Of a stretch of DNA of 64,000 bases, positions 24,801 through 38,859 are shown piece after piece. The notes beneath the pieces are model-generated. The model saw only the letters and a list, made by a program, of their open reading frames with translations. It did not search any database and was not told where the DNA came from. Numbering within the stretch: position 1 is the first letter of the stretch; every line of letters starts with the position of its first letter. The position numbers and the translations under genes are program-made. Origin of the DNA: Nymphaea colorata (taxonomy: Eukaryota). The stretch spans positions 21,452,001-21,516,000 of the forward strand of contig NC_045138.2 of assembly GCF_008831285.2 (NCBI RefSeq), given 5' to 3'.

Positions 24801-27800
24801 TTAGCACGTCCAGGATGTGGATCTCTTGATGAGAGGCTTCATTTGCTTGTCCTCTTCAAGAGAGATCATCCCCAAGTGAGAGGGGTCCTCCAACATCATC
24901 TTTGAAACCAAATATCCTGCAATTGACCATGTCTGAAACTTTCGAGCTTGCTTTCCTATGTATCTTCCAAGTTTCCCGTCATAATATTCCGGCCAGCTAT
25001 CAACTAGAAGCCTGCTTTCTGCCAACTCGATGGCCCGTCGAGCAATCTGCGGCCTCCCAGTCTTTATGCAGGCAGCAGTGAGCAACCAGAGCAGGACTGC
25101 GAGGAATAATTCATAAAATTGGGAAAATCTGTTAGTCATGTTGCATTTAAGGTGATCAAATAAAAAAAACAATTGAAATAAAAGGCATTATGATTTTGAC
25201 ACTAGCAAAATGAGCCGCAGTCAATGTGGGAGGTGTTTCCAGATAAATTATCTAATCCTCATGCCTGGCCAATAATGAACATGCCTTGGAAAGGTACATG
25301 CAATAAAGTATTCAGCAAATGCAACAAACGCTAGCAGTCAGAAAACGGCCATATAGGGCTGGAAACAATATTCAATAGCAAATACAAAAGTGGAACACAT
25401 GAACCAAAAGTTTTATATATTTCTCAGTTTACTCATTTTCCAATTTCATTCTCGAAGATATATGAGCATCTCTATTTTTCCTTTTACAAGGTATACCATT
25501 TTCTCTCTTTCTCCCTCTCTCTCTCTCTTAAGGGATTCAAACACATGTAAGCTTGTTCCTGCATCCAAAGGAGTGTTCAAGAATCTTGAAGAATGAGCAA
25601 GGAATACACCATTGCTGTTATCTCCCTCTCTCTGAAACCATTTGTATTGACAAGCTGTCATCTTCGTATCACAGCATTTCTTGGTCTAATCAGTGCATCA
25701 TTCATTCCATCACTAGTGTTGAATCTATTATTTCACCAAGTTAGAGGATTCAAAGTCAAGTTTGCTCCTGCATCTGGAGGAGTGGTCTATTCCTGAAGAA
25801 TATGCAAAGAAAGGCATTGATGTGAATCCTCCACAAACTAGTAAAGACAGGGTTCTTGAGGGAGGAGATAGCAAACTCTGTTGATGGTTCAAGCCTGCTT
25901 TTCTTTGTTGATCACTTGCCTTCTACACAACGAAATAACAAGAAGAGCTGAAAACGGAGATGGTTTCTCCGATAGAAAAAAAAGGCCAAATTGAGCATTA
26001 GTTGCTCCTGGGGATCCAAGCTTTTTGTGTTTAAAGGAAAACCCTTCTGAGCTATTATGGAATGCAAACAAAATGATGGACACAACCTAAGGAAAGGGAT
26101 AACAAGAAGAACTGATGTCAAATACAAGTAGAACCAATGTCAAATAGGTCCAGTAGATTGGTTCTGGGCTGACCCAAACCTAATCTAAGCTGTACTTGGG
26201 TGTACCAAATATCCATACCCATGTCTATTCTTGTCAACATGGGTATCCAGCCCAAAATCACGCACCCATGGTTGGCAAGTCAGGACAATCGCTAATAGTG
26301 TTGGAGAGCACGAAAAATTTAAAACTTTCCAACTTAATGATTGCAATGCTCTTAGGGTAAACTAAAGCCATAATTTGTAAATGTTATCACTTCCAGAATG
26401 TATTCCGAAGAGCAATGGAGAGGTTCCTTCCATATCAAACTCTTGCATTGACAGGCACATTTTTGAGTTGGATAAACCATTATACCACATCTTGTTTTGA
26501 ATAAATAGTCAACTTGGGGTCCTGGTAAACTGTAAATCAAAGTAAAAAAGCAGTTTGGATGATGCTTAGGTAAAAAGGAAGCCACTTGAAACATGAACAA
26601 AATCATCAAAGTTGAACAAAATGATGTACAGCAGAAGCTAAAATTGAATAAGAAAATCTAGCACATCACAACTGACAATTTGCTTGCTAGCTACTAACTG
26701 AAAAACAAAAAAAAAAATTGAGATGACTCTCAGCAATGAACAGAAAGTAAGGGAGAAATAAAAAATGGAAAATAAGTCTTAATTCTCCTAACCTGGCCAA
26801 GATCCTCCATTGTGATAGCTCCACCGGGTATTTTTGGGATCACAACCTGTCACTATTCTCCATTCATGGCTTTCTATTGCTGGATAAGCAATCTTCAGAG
26901 GCATCTCCCCAACTAGCTCTTCCCAACGTGCTTCTATAAGATCCATGATAGCCATAGATTGCTCCGGAGTCGCAAGAGATGATAAGATTGCTACGCAATT
27001 TCCCAGTGCAAACCATCGGAAGTCCATTCTAGCAGGACTAACGTTTCCAACAAAGTACCCTCCACGAGTTGGCATAAAATCAAATACCCAGTCTGGGATT
27101 GAATCAGGAATGACATTGAATTTGTTAACTGCTGTATGAGAATATTCCTCGGTCTTGTAGCGATAAATGTCATTTAGCTGCCGGAAATCAAGCCAGAAGT
27201 AACTTCGCATATGATAACTCAAAGCATGCAACCTTCTCACAATTCTTTCAATAAATTCTTTACCCTCTGCATCATGTTTAAGCATGGAAAGAGCACACCT
27301 CAATGCCATGAAGAAGAGTGCTTGAATTTCAATAGGGTAACCATATATACCCTGCACAATGCATCACAAAATTAAATAAGACTGTATTAGGAAGCGTAGC
27401 ATGGAACTGCATATTTTGGAAATAATTAAGTAAATAAACTGAGAAAATATGCCACAGCAATGTGCAGAACTGAAAGAAAGAACAAAGAAAATATCACCCA
27501 TCTCATTGGGAAATAAAGCATTGTAGTCTCCTGAACCCAAGAGCACCATGAAATTTTGAATGACCTCAAGCTATGAATACCTAAAATATATTATTTGTTC
27601 ATGCAAGCAATAACACTTCAGAAAGATGGTCAAAGAGAGAAAAAGGATATACAAAGGCAGACCAAGCTGAATTTGTCAAAATGGTAGCTTTTACATACAA
27701 AAATACCTAATAGCAAGTTTATTCAGCACACTTTTTTTTTTCAGCAAAATCAGATACAAGACTTCAATGCCACAAATGAAAGGGACAAAGGACAATAAAT

Positions 27801-28561
27801 CCTTGGCTAGTTGCAGAAGCACTTCATTAAGTTGTGACATGTAAGAATATTTCCAGCAATTCTGAACGACTTGCTTTGTAGTTTTGAAATGTTAATCTTG
27901 GAATTTTTGGGATCAAGCTTAGACAACAAGCTGTAAAGACATACAAGAGAATATACACGACAGAAAACACATATCAAAACCTGTCCTACCTATATATGTT
28001 GATGCATCAATGGACAAAAACTGCATGTACATTAACACTATAAAGTATATGATATCTATTTGTTTATTTACTAAAGGCACAAAAACGACTCTCAAGGCAG
28101 TTTTACTTTTACCTCCTCTGTAATTTGTATTAGAGGAGTTTAGCACTTTGGAGTTCAACTGGTGCACCATTATATGTTCTTTCAGCATTCATGTCTCTAC
28201 CTTCAATTTACAAAAGCATCAACAGGAAAGCCACCAAGCTAGGTTACATGCATGCTTGTAAAACCATGAAGTCTCGGCATCAGCACTTTCTGACACCGAG
28301 ACACCTACACACAGCCAGTTGACATGTGCTTTTTTAAAATATAAAGTGTGGAAAGATATAGACATGCATCTTGGGCATGTTTTCTTTTTCAGAAAACCTA
28401 TAAGGAGGAGAGATTGATGTATCACCATCTCCTCCACTTCTCTGCGCAAGACCCACCTTTTCCTTTCAGAAAAGTAGATAAGGCAATGTGAAATTATTCA
28501 CTTACTTTTTCCAAATCCTAAAAAATATCACTTTTTCTGAAAGTTTCCAAATAACTCTGAC

Positions 28562-28593
<32 letters not shown>

Positions 28594-31500
28594 TTCCATG
28601 TCCATGCAACATAGCAACCAAAAACAGATGTAGACCTAGAATAACATTACCAATATCCAAGAAAATCATGTGGCTTTCCCATCACTGATTGGCTAATGCA
28701 TAGCTCATCCTCTTCAAAGAACCTAGGTCAACACTTAGGAAGCTATTATCCTCAATGTCTCTATCAATCATGTTTCATCTAATTTCAAAACATAAGTCTC
28801 ACACTAGAATTTCATGACAAGTATTGCCAGGGACTTTCAGTCAAATAACAGGTTTTCATGTTTGGATAGTTTGAAAATGTGAAAGTATTAATGAGAAATT
28901 AAAGAGAATTAGAAACAATAAAGGAGTACCTTTTCATAAAATCATAACAAAAAAAAGAGCATTCATTTACAAAATAAGGCAACACTTGTAGAATACTGCA
29001 GAATTAAATTAAATCAACATTCTGAAAATGTTCTGCTACATTCCCATTAATATGATGTAGCTGCAGCTCAGGTCATCAGTTTCTGAGATCAGGATAATGA
29101 ATGCTGAATAATTCATTGAGGACTCTTAAACTAAGTAACTAGACATTTTTTCACCAACTCCAATTCAATCTTTTGTCAACATACATTTATGCAGATATTA
29201 ACAGAAAAAATTCCCATAAAATAATGGTTAGCAAATGGAAGAGCAAAATTGATTGGAACAATTAACTCCACCACAACAGTACATGGCATAGGCATCATAA
29301 TCTGACCATACATGTAAAAGAATTATAGACAAAACTAACTAAGAGTAATCTGTTAAGCTTATATTTCATTTATTCATCTGTCAAAGATAATCTTTCACAT
29401 CCGGTAGTTCAGATTCTCATCATACCAAAAAAACGAAGAGAGATAAATCAAGAATAGTGCAATCTGTTGTACCTTACCTGTACCCTTATTAAGTAAAAAA
29501 AAAAATGCAATAGTCAAAGGCATCATGAGAAAAAATGTGCTTCCATATTCAAATCATATCAACCATAAGAGAGGACAGTCATACTTCATAGACAATGTAA
29601 CGTTTGCCTACTTGCAAAGAAAGAGGATATTACCATCCGTCTATCTATCATGGAGCAGCCATCTGCACATAAGAGTGTTGGAAATGTGTCAAAGCCTTCT
29701 GAAAGGCACAGACTCAATATTAACCTGATTCCTCTTTGACACTCAGGAGTCTCTGCAAGGGATAAATCCCCAGTAGACTTTGTGTAGGCACGGAGTAAGA
29801 TGATCCACCAAAATCCAGAGTCCACTGGAGCAACTCGACCAATTGCACTCTCACCAAAATCAGCAATTATGGTGTCCGAATTTCGAACTGGATCGTGGAG
29901 CACCTTGAAGCTAGCAGGCATTGCACCTTCTCCTAGTGTGAAACGGTCAATTCTTTTCTCCCAGCCTTGGAGAACAAGTGTCTTCAAGATAAAATTTTTT
30001 ACTATGTCTGGTTCACCATTCATCAGGAAAGCCAGGGCACTAGGCACGAAGTCCCTAACAAAGACCTGAACACAAAATACAGAAAGGATGCTAAGTCATA
30101 AATCCCCAAATGCCAAAAGCACGAATATCTTCAATGCTGATAGTAATTTTCAGTGTTGATGCATGCAAAAGGGAACATATAGATATGGAAAGCAAACAAA
30201 GAAGTTCAGCAAGTGACAGTCATGCTAAAAGTGGTCCTACACCAAAGAACATGAGCAATCAAATATTTGAAAAATAAAAGTAATTGCACAGATGCTGCAA
30301 ACAAGTAAAAGACATGCAGTGAGAGCAGGATAAAATATTTCAAGATAAAGAAGCATGTTAGATGAATTCTATCACAAAATAGAAGGGTGTAGAAATTTGA
30401 AAGGGAGAGATTAAACAGAATTGTTTTTACTTCTCACAAATGTATAATTTGGTTAGAGGTATAGAGGCTGCATAGGGAAAAACTTCCTGTGGCATAAAAC
30501 AGAAACCTGGCATACTAAACTAGTGCCTGTACAGAAGACTTTATTTGCTTCTACATTTTTTCTGTGAGTGCTTTGGTGCATCTCTGTAATCATTTACTTA
30601 ATATAGAAAGTGATGATGCTAAACAGACTTCCAAAACGATCTTCCAAAGCAGACAGCAGTTGAATGAAGCCTCTGCAGTAATTTATGTCTTATAGTTAGT
30701 GATTCACAGGCACAGGCACAAACCTTGTTCACTTTCAAAATGTATCGACATACATGCCTCACCAAAATGCTTGAAAATCAAGTTTATACTTAAGATAGGA
30801 AGGTTTTAGAATCTGGCATGTTGGCATCACTATCTATCTCAAGTATCCCAACAAGAACCAGTATGCTCATGCATTTCTGAAGCATAGAGTCTAGAAAAAT
30901 CCTACAAATGGTATCCAATTTTTAAACCAATAACATGACTTCGCAAAACTCACAGTTAAAGATTTCAAATGAACTACAATAAGCTTCACGCATTTCCCTT
31001 TTTACTCATCTAGTATTCTGATTAAAAATTTAAAAGATTTACTACAATGAGCCTATTAATCAGCTCAAGGAATATGAGATACTCGACTAGGAGGCATCAT
31101 ATAATAAATCGAGAAACAGATGATGAAGCACCAGGTAACAAGCCTCCGTTATATAAAAACAAGCTTCCCACTAGAGCAAGTTCTCATAAGTTTCAACATC
31201 TTCAAAGAAGCACTGAATTTTCTTCTTCCAAAATTGTGCTTCCAGGAAGCGAACTTCCCAACTTCAAGCAAAGGTGCCAATAAGTATAACACAAACTATA
31301 TATGCTTAATTAGCAAGCAGAATCAAGAGGCAATATGTGAACAATACGCAAGAAGCATAGGTACCTTGAGTATCTAGAAAAGGGTCAAAAGAAAAATAAA
31401 AAGCGAGGAACTAAGCGAACATTAGCTGAACGGACAATGTTCATCCGCTAATAAACAAGCAGATCAAGTGGTAGAAAATCGAAAACAAATCTCGTCTCCA

Positions 31501-32148
31501 TTAGCCCTAGACATCCCAGTGAGTCAGTGACTGCTTATTGCATATGCAACAATAACGCGCACTACGGCCTAAAAACGGAGCAGCAGGCTATCTTTATATA
31601 CATATTTAAGGACTGCCCGAAACCTCCTCGAGTACCACGAACATACAGCACAAAGAGGAAGAATAGTTTGAATAATGTGTGTGTGTGTGTGTGTACACAC
31701 ACATGAAAACGGAATGATAAGGGCGATTATGTACCTGATTGTAGTTTAGAGCTTCTTCTGTGTGGTCAAGGGCAGCGATGGTGCCAACAGGTTGACCCCG
31801 GAAGTAGACCAACGATCTTCGCAGAGCCTCCCATGCCTCGGCGACTATAGGATGTGGCTCAAAGGAGTTCCTGGCAGACGATGCCGGTGTGTTGAACCCG
31901 GACCTTATCCCAGGAGAGCATATACTATCGTAATTCTCCAAGCACCGGCTGATTTCCATATTCCTTGACACCCGAGGGGAATAGCACAGCGTCAATTCAG
32001 TGAGCGACCTCTCGTCAAACGATCGCTTTCTCTCTATCTTCAACGCCCTCGGCTTGTCGAGTAATCGCGAGAAATCACAATCATCCGCGTCCGAGATCGT
32101 ACACTGCGAGTCTACGTGCCTGAGATTGTTCTCGTGGACTCCTTCCAT
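24801..32148 (-). CDS. CINV: Cytosolic alkaline/neutral invertase (GH100, beta group/CINV type), 4 coding exons, 566 aa
   Basis: Exons 32148-31735, 30065-29634, 27351-26793, 25096-24801, GT-AG, in frame. Motifs [101 protein letters not shown] and C-terminal KRS.SWT typical of the cytosolic isoforms; no transit peptide. Confidence 0.97.
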
Positions 32149-32213
32149 GACGAGTACGAGTCCTCCTCCCTTGGCCTCCCTTCAAATTGTTCAAAGGAAC
32201 AAAGAACCAGGCC

Positions 32214-32732
32214 CTGCGAAAACACAAACCAAACCCGCTCAAAACCCACCCGTTTCCGCACGCAATTTTCTCATTAATTCACGCCAGACAACGTCAAGAA
32301 AACGAAAGAAGCCACATTAGCGCGACCGCGCAAGAAACCATCCAAGACCCAAAGAATCCAAGAACCCGGGACCGCGCCGTCCCTTTCCAATACCCGCGCC
32401 TACCTCGCCAAAGCAATCGCACGGCGACACAAGAAAGAAACCCCGAGAAACGATCAGGCTCTCTTAACGAAGAAACCCCTCCCATAAAGAACTGAGATCT
32501 GCTCACGGACATCGTAAAAAGAAGCGACGGAAGCCAAAAAAGACGCAGTCAGAGGCTCACCTCGGGGTCTGCCGACAGCCGGAAACGCGAAAGCTGCCGG
32601 GCCAGATTCCGGCGACCCCGCCAGCAACCCAATGCCGGAGTCGGAGGCGGACTCGGTGGCAGCAGAAGCCAAGGAAGAAGAAGCGGAAGTGGGAGGAAAA
32701 AGAGGGCAAGAAGGTTGGAACTCGTATTTATA
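32214..32732 (-). promoter_or_regulatory. Putative invertase TATA box (32732-32725), non-coding first exon and 5'UTR intron (32560-32214)
   Basis: CTATAAATA on the minus strand, followed by a GC-rich leader, donor GAG|GTGAG at 32560 and acceptor TTTTCGCAG| at 32214, 65 nt upstream of the ATG. Confidence 0.6.
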
Positions 32733-34160
32733 GTGATGAGGTGGGGGAGGTAGAGGGGGGAGCCGGAGTGGGGAGAAGCTGAGTCTCGCTCGGGTGTTGC
32801 CTACCTTCGTGGGCCCTCCTTTTAAAGGCCACCAACCAGCGGTGGGGGAGGACGGCTGTGGGTCCCGCAGTCCTTCGAAGCTCCCCCTCCCCCCGCGGTT
32901 GGTCTGACTCTTCAATTTCCTCCTCCCCCACGCCTTTTCTTCGTTTATTTATTTTCCCTCACTCAACTTCGTTTTTGCCTCCAATAATACTTGTATAATA
33001 GACAATTGACAAATTCAACCCTGCCAAATGAAACATTTTCCAAAATCGTATGACTTTTTTTTTATAATAATTAAACATTTGAAGGGGCTTAAAATAGGAC
33101 GGTAAAAAGGCCAGTCACGGCATCCAATTAGCAATACAAGTGGATAAAAGGAGCTCTTTGTCCTTATTTATGAGCAGTGGACCCATATCAAATATATTCT
33201 TAATTATATCTATTTTTTTGATATTTACATATTTGAATTCGAATTCAAATTCAAATAAAACATATTTAAATCCAAAACCCAATTTTACGATCGATTTTTA
33301 TGTATCGGAATTTTATGTTGAGTTTGTCAATTTTACCAAATGTCATTTATTAAATCCATCAGTCATTTATTAAATCCGCTTTGATATAAATTTTTAATTA
33401 GATATTATATTTTTTTTCATATCTGATTTTTGTATAGAATGTGTATTCAAACCAAATATATTGACATCCTTAGTCGATAGTCGCTTATCCAAAAGCATGG
33501 GAGATTTACGTAGGTGGATAGGTTTGCCCAATTACAGAAGGGCAAAATTGGTATGTGCGCATATTTACTCAAATTTGCATTTATTGTGAGAACAGTGATG
33601 ACAATGCTGACGTGGACACTTAACATCCTACCACATTTAACACGCAAACTAAATAAATAAATATTGGATTTTTTAATTCAATTGGTTAGAAGACATTCAA
33701 TGACTTGTCCAAGTTAGAATTTAGCTGAATCGGATCTAAGTCAGCACAAAATTACTATTACATTTTTTTCTGGTAAATGTACAAAATAAATAAATAACAT
33801 TTCAATTGTAAAGATATTTGACTGATTTCAACAAATATATAAATAGAGAGAGAGAGAGAGAGAAAGTAGACATTGTCTTTTAGAGAGAGAGAAAGAGAGA
33901 GAGAGAGAGAATGGAAAGTGAATTATGTCATTTACCTTGTTTGTCTTGTCGTGCGTATTTTGATCCAGAAAAAAATATGTTAGCGGACTCTGCAAATAGT
34001 TTAATAGATATAAGTACGGTGGGCGCACAAAGCATGCATAATTTATTTTTCTGCTATTGGAGAGACATATATTTAAATAATTGAAAATCAACGGCCCACA
34101 ATTTTGGGAATTTTCTAGTGTCTAACATTATAATCGTTTAATCAATTGATTGAACCAGCC

Positions 34161-34213
<53 letters not shown>

Positions 34214-34854
34214 GGTATATCCCAAAGCATATAAGTTAGGGACAAAAACAAAAGATTCTTGTGAAATTTTATTTTAAACAAAATGCCAACGTGCTAACGT
34301 ATTTATAATTATTAAACTATTAGTTAAAAAACTTTATCGAAGTTTGTTTTCATGAAAAACATTATTTTCTCTACTACCAAGATTTTGGTATTATAAAACC
34401 CACTTTTTTAATTACAAGAAACAGTGGGCTCAATATTCGTTAATGGGTATCACTCTTAGTTTCATATTTATCAAAAGATTATGCTTGCATAAACTACTTT
34501 CAGGTGTTCGACCTAAACGGTGAAAGATATGCCCTTCTCTCTCTCTTGTTTCTCCTCCCTTTTCAATGTTCTATAGCATTTTCGTCCTTAACGAGGAAGA
34601 ACAGACACATCTAACACAATTCATATAATATAAATTAGACATTAAACACAATTCATATCATATAAATTAGACTAATGTGAGCAGGCACTCCCTTGTCTTT
34701 TGTATTGATATGACATTTTGTTTTAAACGCAAAATGTCGTTTATTATGGGCTTCCACTCTCACAGCAAATGGTTGTATTGGCCTATCTTATGTCCGTCCT
34801 CTTTGATTCACAAAGCATGCTTCAGAATCTTTTACGGTTCAGATGTAAAACATA

Positions 34855-35092
34855 CTAAGACATGACAGTGACACATTCAAGATTCGAACATCAGTCCTTA
34901 AAAAAGGTAGACCACTATGCTACTAAGTATACCACCACTCAGCAAATAATTGGTGGTTTATTAAGAACACTGATTTTTAAGACCTAAGACATGACATTGA
35001 CCCCTCTAAGATTCGAACACGATTCCTTAGAGGAGGTGGACCACTTTGCTACCTACTACATTGCCACTCAGGCAATAGTTGATGGTTTATTA
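34855..35092 (-). mobile_element. Tandem pair of degenerate tRNA-derived SINE-like units (~129-bp period)
   Basis: Two related units. On the minus strand each shows an A-box-like TAGCA(T/A)AGTGG and a B-box GTTCGAATC at tRNA-like spacing, but no complete cloverleaf. Confidence 0.45.
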
Positions 35093-38000
35093 TTTTTTTA
35101 CGACCACTTCTCAATTCATCATATATTTCATGTTTTCTCATTAACCATGTCCTTAAGACAATTTATCACTCATTCAAACACACACACACACATATATATA
35201 TATAACCAATTCCAAGCACATGAATATTGAGATATGTGTGGGTAAGATGGCCCAGCAAATAAAAAGTCAACAAATCATGAATTTTTTGTTGAAAAATAAA
35301 ATAAAGTACTGAAAAAAGGAAATTTTCTCATCAAAGATCCACAATCTCAGATCGAATGATTGAGAATTGGCTGGCCCAGTTGGTATTATCGAATAGTTAC
35401 CATGGTTTATATATGTGTGCGACAGATAAATAAACATAAAGAAATTAACTATGAAAACTTGGCCCAACAATCCATTGTTTCTCTATGGAAGTATGTCATG
35501 AACAAGAAAAACATTTATTTCCACGATTCCCTTGTGCTTCAAACACTTAAAAAAAAGTACATTTTTTCTTCTTTCCTATCATCATACTACTTAAAAAAAA
35601 AATGTTTTTTTTAAATATTTCTTCAAATCTTCAATCACCATTCACATGAAAGTTCTTTGTTTTCCACCCCCTTCAAACGCCTTTAATAGAAAAAGAAATA
35701 TGTTTAAACAGCTAATCTATCACATGTATTTGGTTGAGCTGCCCCTCAATATAACGTGTCCTTCAAACTTTGTTCACTATTGGACCAACTTTTCTTCTTT
35801 CTTTTTTTTAAGGGTGTTTGTCAAATTATAATTTAATTGGAAAACATTATATCTGAAAGGCAAAGATAGATTTCCCAAGACAAATAAGTTGGACATAAAT
35901 TTGTAAACATTAATGTTTTGGGTGAATGAGATCTGATAACCACTCGAACAAACCGAAGTTTTCACTCAACCCTTCATCCTTCATGATACAAAGCTTACTT
36001 TGGTGCTTTTGACGCTATGAGGATTTGAAGCAGCAACTAGTCACCTGCAAGCTCCCACCCGATTCTGTTGTGCCCATCACAATAATTGTTTACTTTCCCT
36101 ATGTAGAACGAAGATGCCAACAGGTGAAGGATGTTGACCCAAAAGCGGATCAATTTAGTCGGATCCGGTAAAGAAGACGACACCCAAACACTATTTTGTC
36201 TCGATTAATTTGTCATTTAGGCGATCAAATCTGAAACCATGTCTCAAATCTAACAGGTCCAATTCCTGTGTTTATTGAACTCAAATATTTAGATCCAAAG
36301 CACAACTTGGATTCCAAGTCTGATACTGAATCCAACTAAGCTGAGATCCAATTAGGTTGGATTTCAAATCTGGTGTTCGACCAAATTTGAGGTCGATTAA
36401 GTGATTTAAATTGACGTTGGCAGCTACCAAATTGGACAAAATAAATTTGGATCGAGCAAATTTGGAGCACTGGATCCAAATTTTTTGTTTCCCGACCCTT
36501 GAGCATGCCCTATAAGCCGTCAGGTGCGGCCACGACCATTCGCGCGTGATGAAGTTGGGCATTGACTTTGACCATCGCAAAAGTAGAGAGTCAGTCAGCA
36601 GGGTCCGTCCGTTCCGGCCTACCTACTTTGACGATACGTTCTTACCCGTCCCCCAAGAACATGATAACAACCAACGGTCCCTTTTATATATATCTATATA
36701 TATAAAGAGGCATACTAACGATTTTTATAAATTATAGGGGTGAACAAACGTTTTAACAAATCTTAGGGGTCCTAAATGCTTTTTGAAAAATATGAATATT
36801 TTTTTACGTAAAATTTTTGATGTATATATGAAGAAAAATTAGTATATCTCAAACCATAAGGATAAAAACCAGGCCTCTTAATTATTGCTAAAATACATGT
36901 TAAACAGAGATATAAATAATATTCTAGAATGTTTTTGTATTTCTTATTTTTATCAATAAGATGGTTAGAGGTCTGCCCTCCAACGGATTTGATTCGAAAG
37001 TTAAAACAAATCTTAATTCAAATTGTTTTTGTAAAAGATTTTGTTTCTAAAGTTAGAGTGTCACTTTGTCGATGGTGGATGACAACCATTTTTACCAAGA
37101 ATAAGATCATGGATTATTGACCTATCAATTTTTAATGCATTGTATTGCAAATTAAACTATATATATATAGAGAGAGAGAGAGGGGCAATATGTAACATCT
37201 TCAAAATTTAGTCCTTGTATAATTTCATATAATTTATAAAGGGGTTATTAAAGTGGTTGGTTGTTATATTGTTATAGTTGAATCTGTTAGACCATGAGCC
37301 GAGGTCGGTGTTGATTGGGTAGTTACAGTGACATCAGGTTCAACACTTAAACTTAGGTGCAATACATGTGACATGTGTATTTTATGAAAAGACACATTAT
37401 AATACCCCCAGAATTTAGTTTCATATTTAAAATTGTCAAAGATTTTTGTGAGACTTATAAAAGAAGGAGTTAAAATTGTTGGTTGTCTTAGTTTCTAAAA
37501 TTTGTCAAACTGAAATAAAAAAATGTTAAGAGGCGAGTTAGAATCCATGGGACCATGGGCCTGAGTCAGGTGCAAGTCAAGTCGTTACAAAAAGCCAACG
37601 CGTTTGTGTCGGATAGTTGCCGAATGGTTAAAATTTAATACTAAAAAAAAACCTAAATTGTCGTTATTTAGCAACAAATTTCTAAATTTTAATAATTTAT
37701 TTTTGAAAACTGGCAGTGCATCGATGATCCATCGTTGACGGTTCTCCATATCTCGCCGTTCACTTGGCCAGGAGTTTAGACTTTACAATTCAAACTCTAA
37801 TATGCTCATGAAAAAAAAAAAAAAGCCTTTGTCTTAAATCGGCTTGAGTAAGTCTATGTCAGCCAATCCAAATCCAAATCCAAACCTTTACGTTCAAGAT
37901 TGCCAATGTCAACTTTTAATTATTTTTAAAAATATTTTTACATATAATTTATTTTATTTCTTTTAAAAAAATATTTTTCTATACTTTGACTCATCCGCCT

Positions 38001-38491
38001 TCCTCTTTTTTCTTTTTTTCTTTTTTAAAAAAAGATTAGGGAGGGGTCCCATCGTTGACGAGAAATAGAGAATTAGATCGAGGTCGTTGTATACCAACTT
38101 GTTGGTAGTTGTACCAAATTAGATCTCATCTTCGCTGACATTGTCAATGCTGACTAGATGCTTTATCATTCGCTGACTCTTCTTACGGTTGGATTGGATT
38201 ATCCCATCCTTCTTTTAATGTCTTTATTATTATACTTCAACTTACATATCAGTACTTGCAATTTACAACAATATAGAATTCACATGGACGATGATAAGCT
38301 ATCGTAAACACGATTTTACATTGAAAAATAAAAAATAAAAATGATAGATATTTTGAAACTTTTGTGAAGAATATATAAAAATTTCGATTTCAAGTTTTCA
38401 ATATCGTTAAAAGCACAAATAGACGTTTTCGTCACTCTTCGTTCTTTCCCTTCCACGCATGCAGTTCGCTTGAAAATGTCAAGGATGATGT

Positions 38492-38859
38492 TAGGGATGT
38501 CAATCTATTTGATTTGAATTGGATATTTGATGAAACACATTCGGATTTAAGAAATGACATTTGATCGGATTTGAATATACGTAAATATCTGAACGGAGTT
38601 AGATTCAGATACGGATTCAAATGGCATTTATTTTTAAATAAATATCTTATATCTATATTGGCAAAAATTCGGTTCAAAATCAACATTTGGATTCTGATAT
38701 GAATGTAAAAAACAGAATCAGATTGTAAAATCGGATTTCGGATTCAGATTCAAATATGATTTTTCTTTTTTTGTAATTGAATCTGAATATGTGAATATCC
38801 AAAAAAACAAATACGGTTAAGGATATATCTGATTCAAATCCGATCCGTTGACATCTTTA
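38492..38859. mobile_element. hAT-type MITE
   Basis: TIRs TAGGGATGTCAA ... TTGACATCTTTA; degenerate 8-bp TSD GATGATGT/GGTGATGC. Related ends at ~8440, ~33470 and ~51107. Confidence 0.7.

Noticed and set aside
32454..32915. 153-aa minus-strand ORF upstream of the invertase
   Set aside because: Non-ATG start, spans the TATA box and GC-rich 5'UTR exon, low complexity, no recognisable domain.
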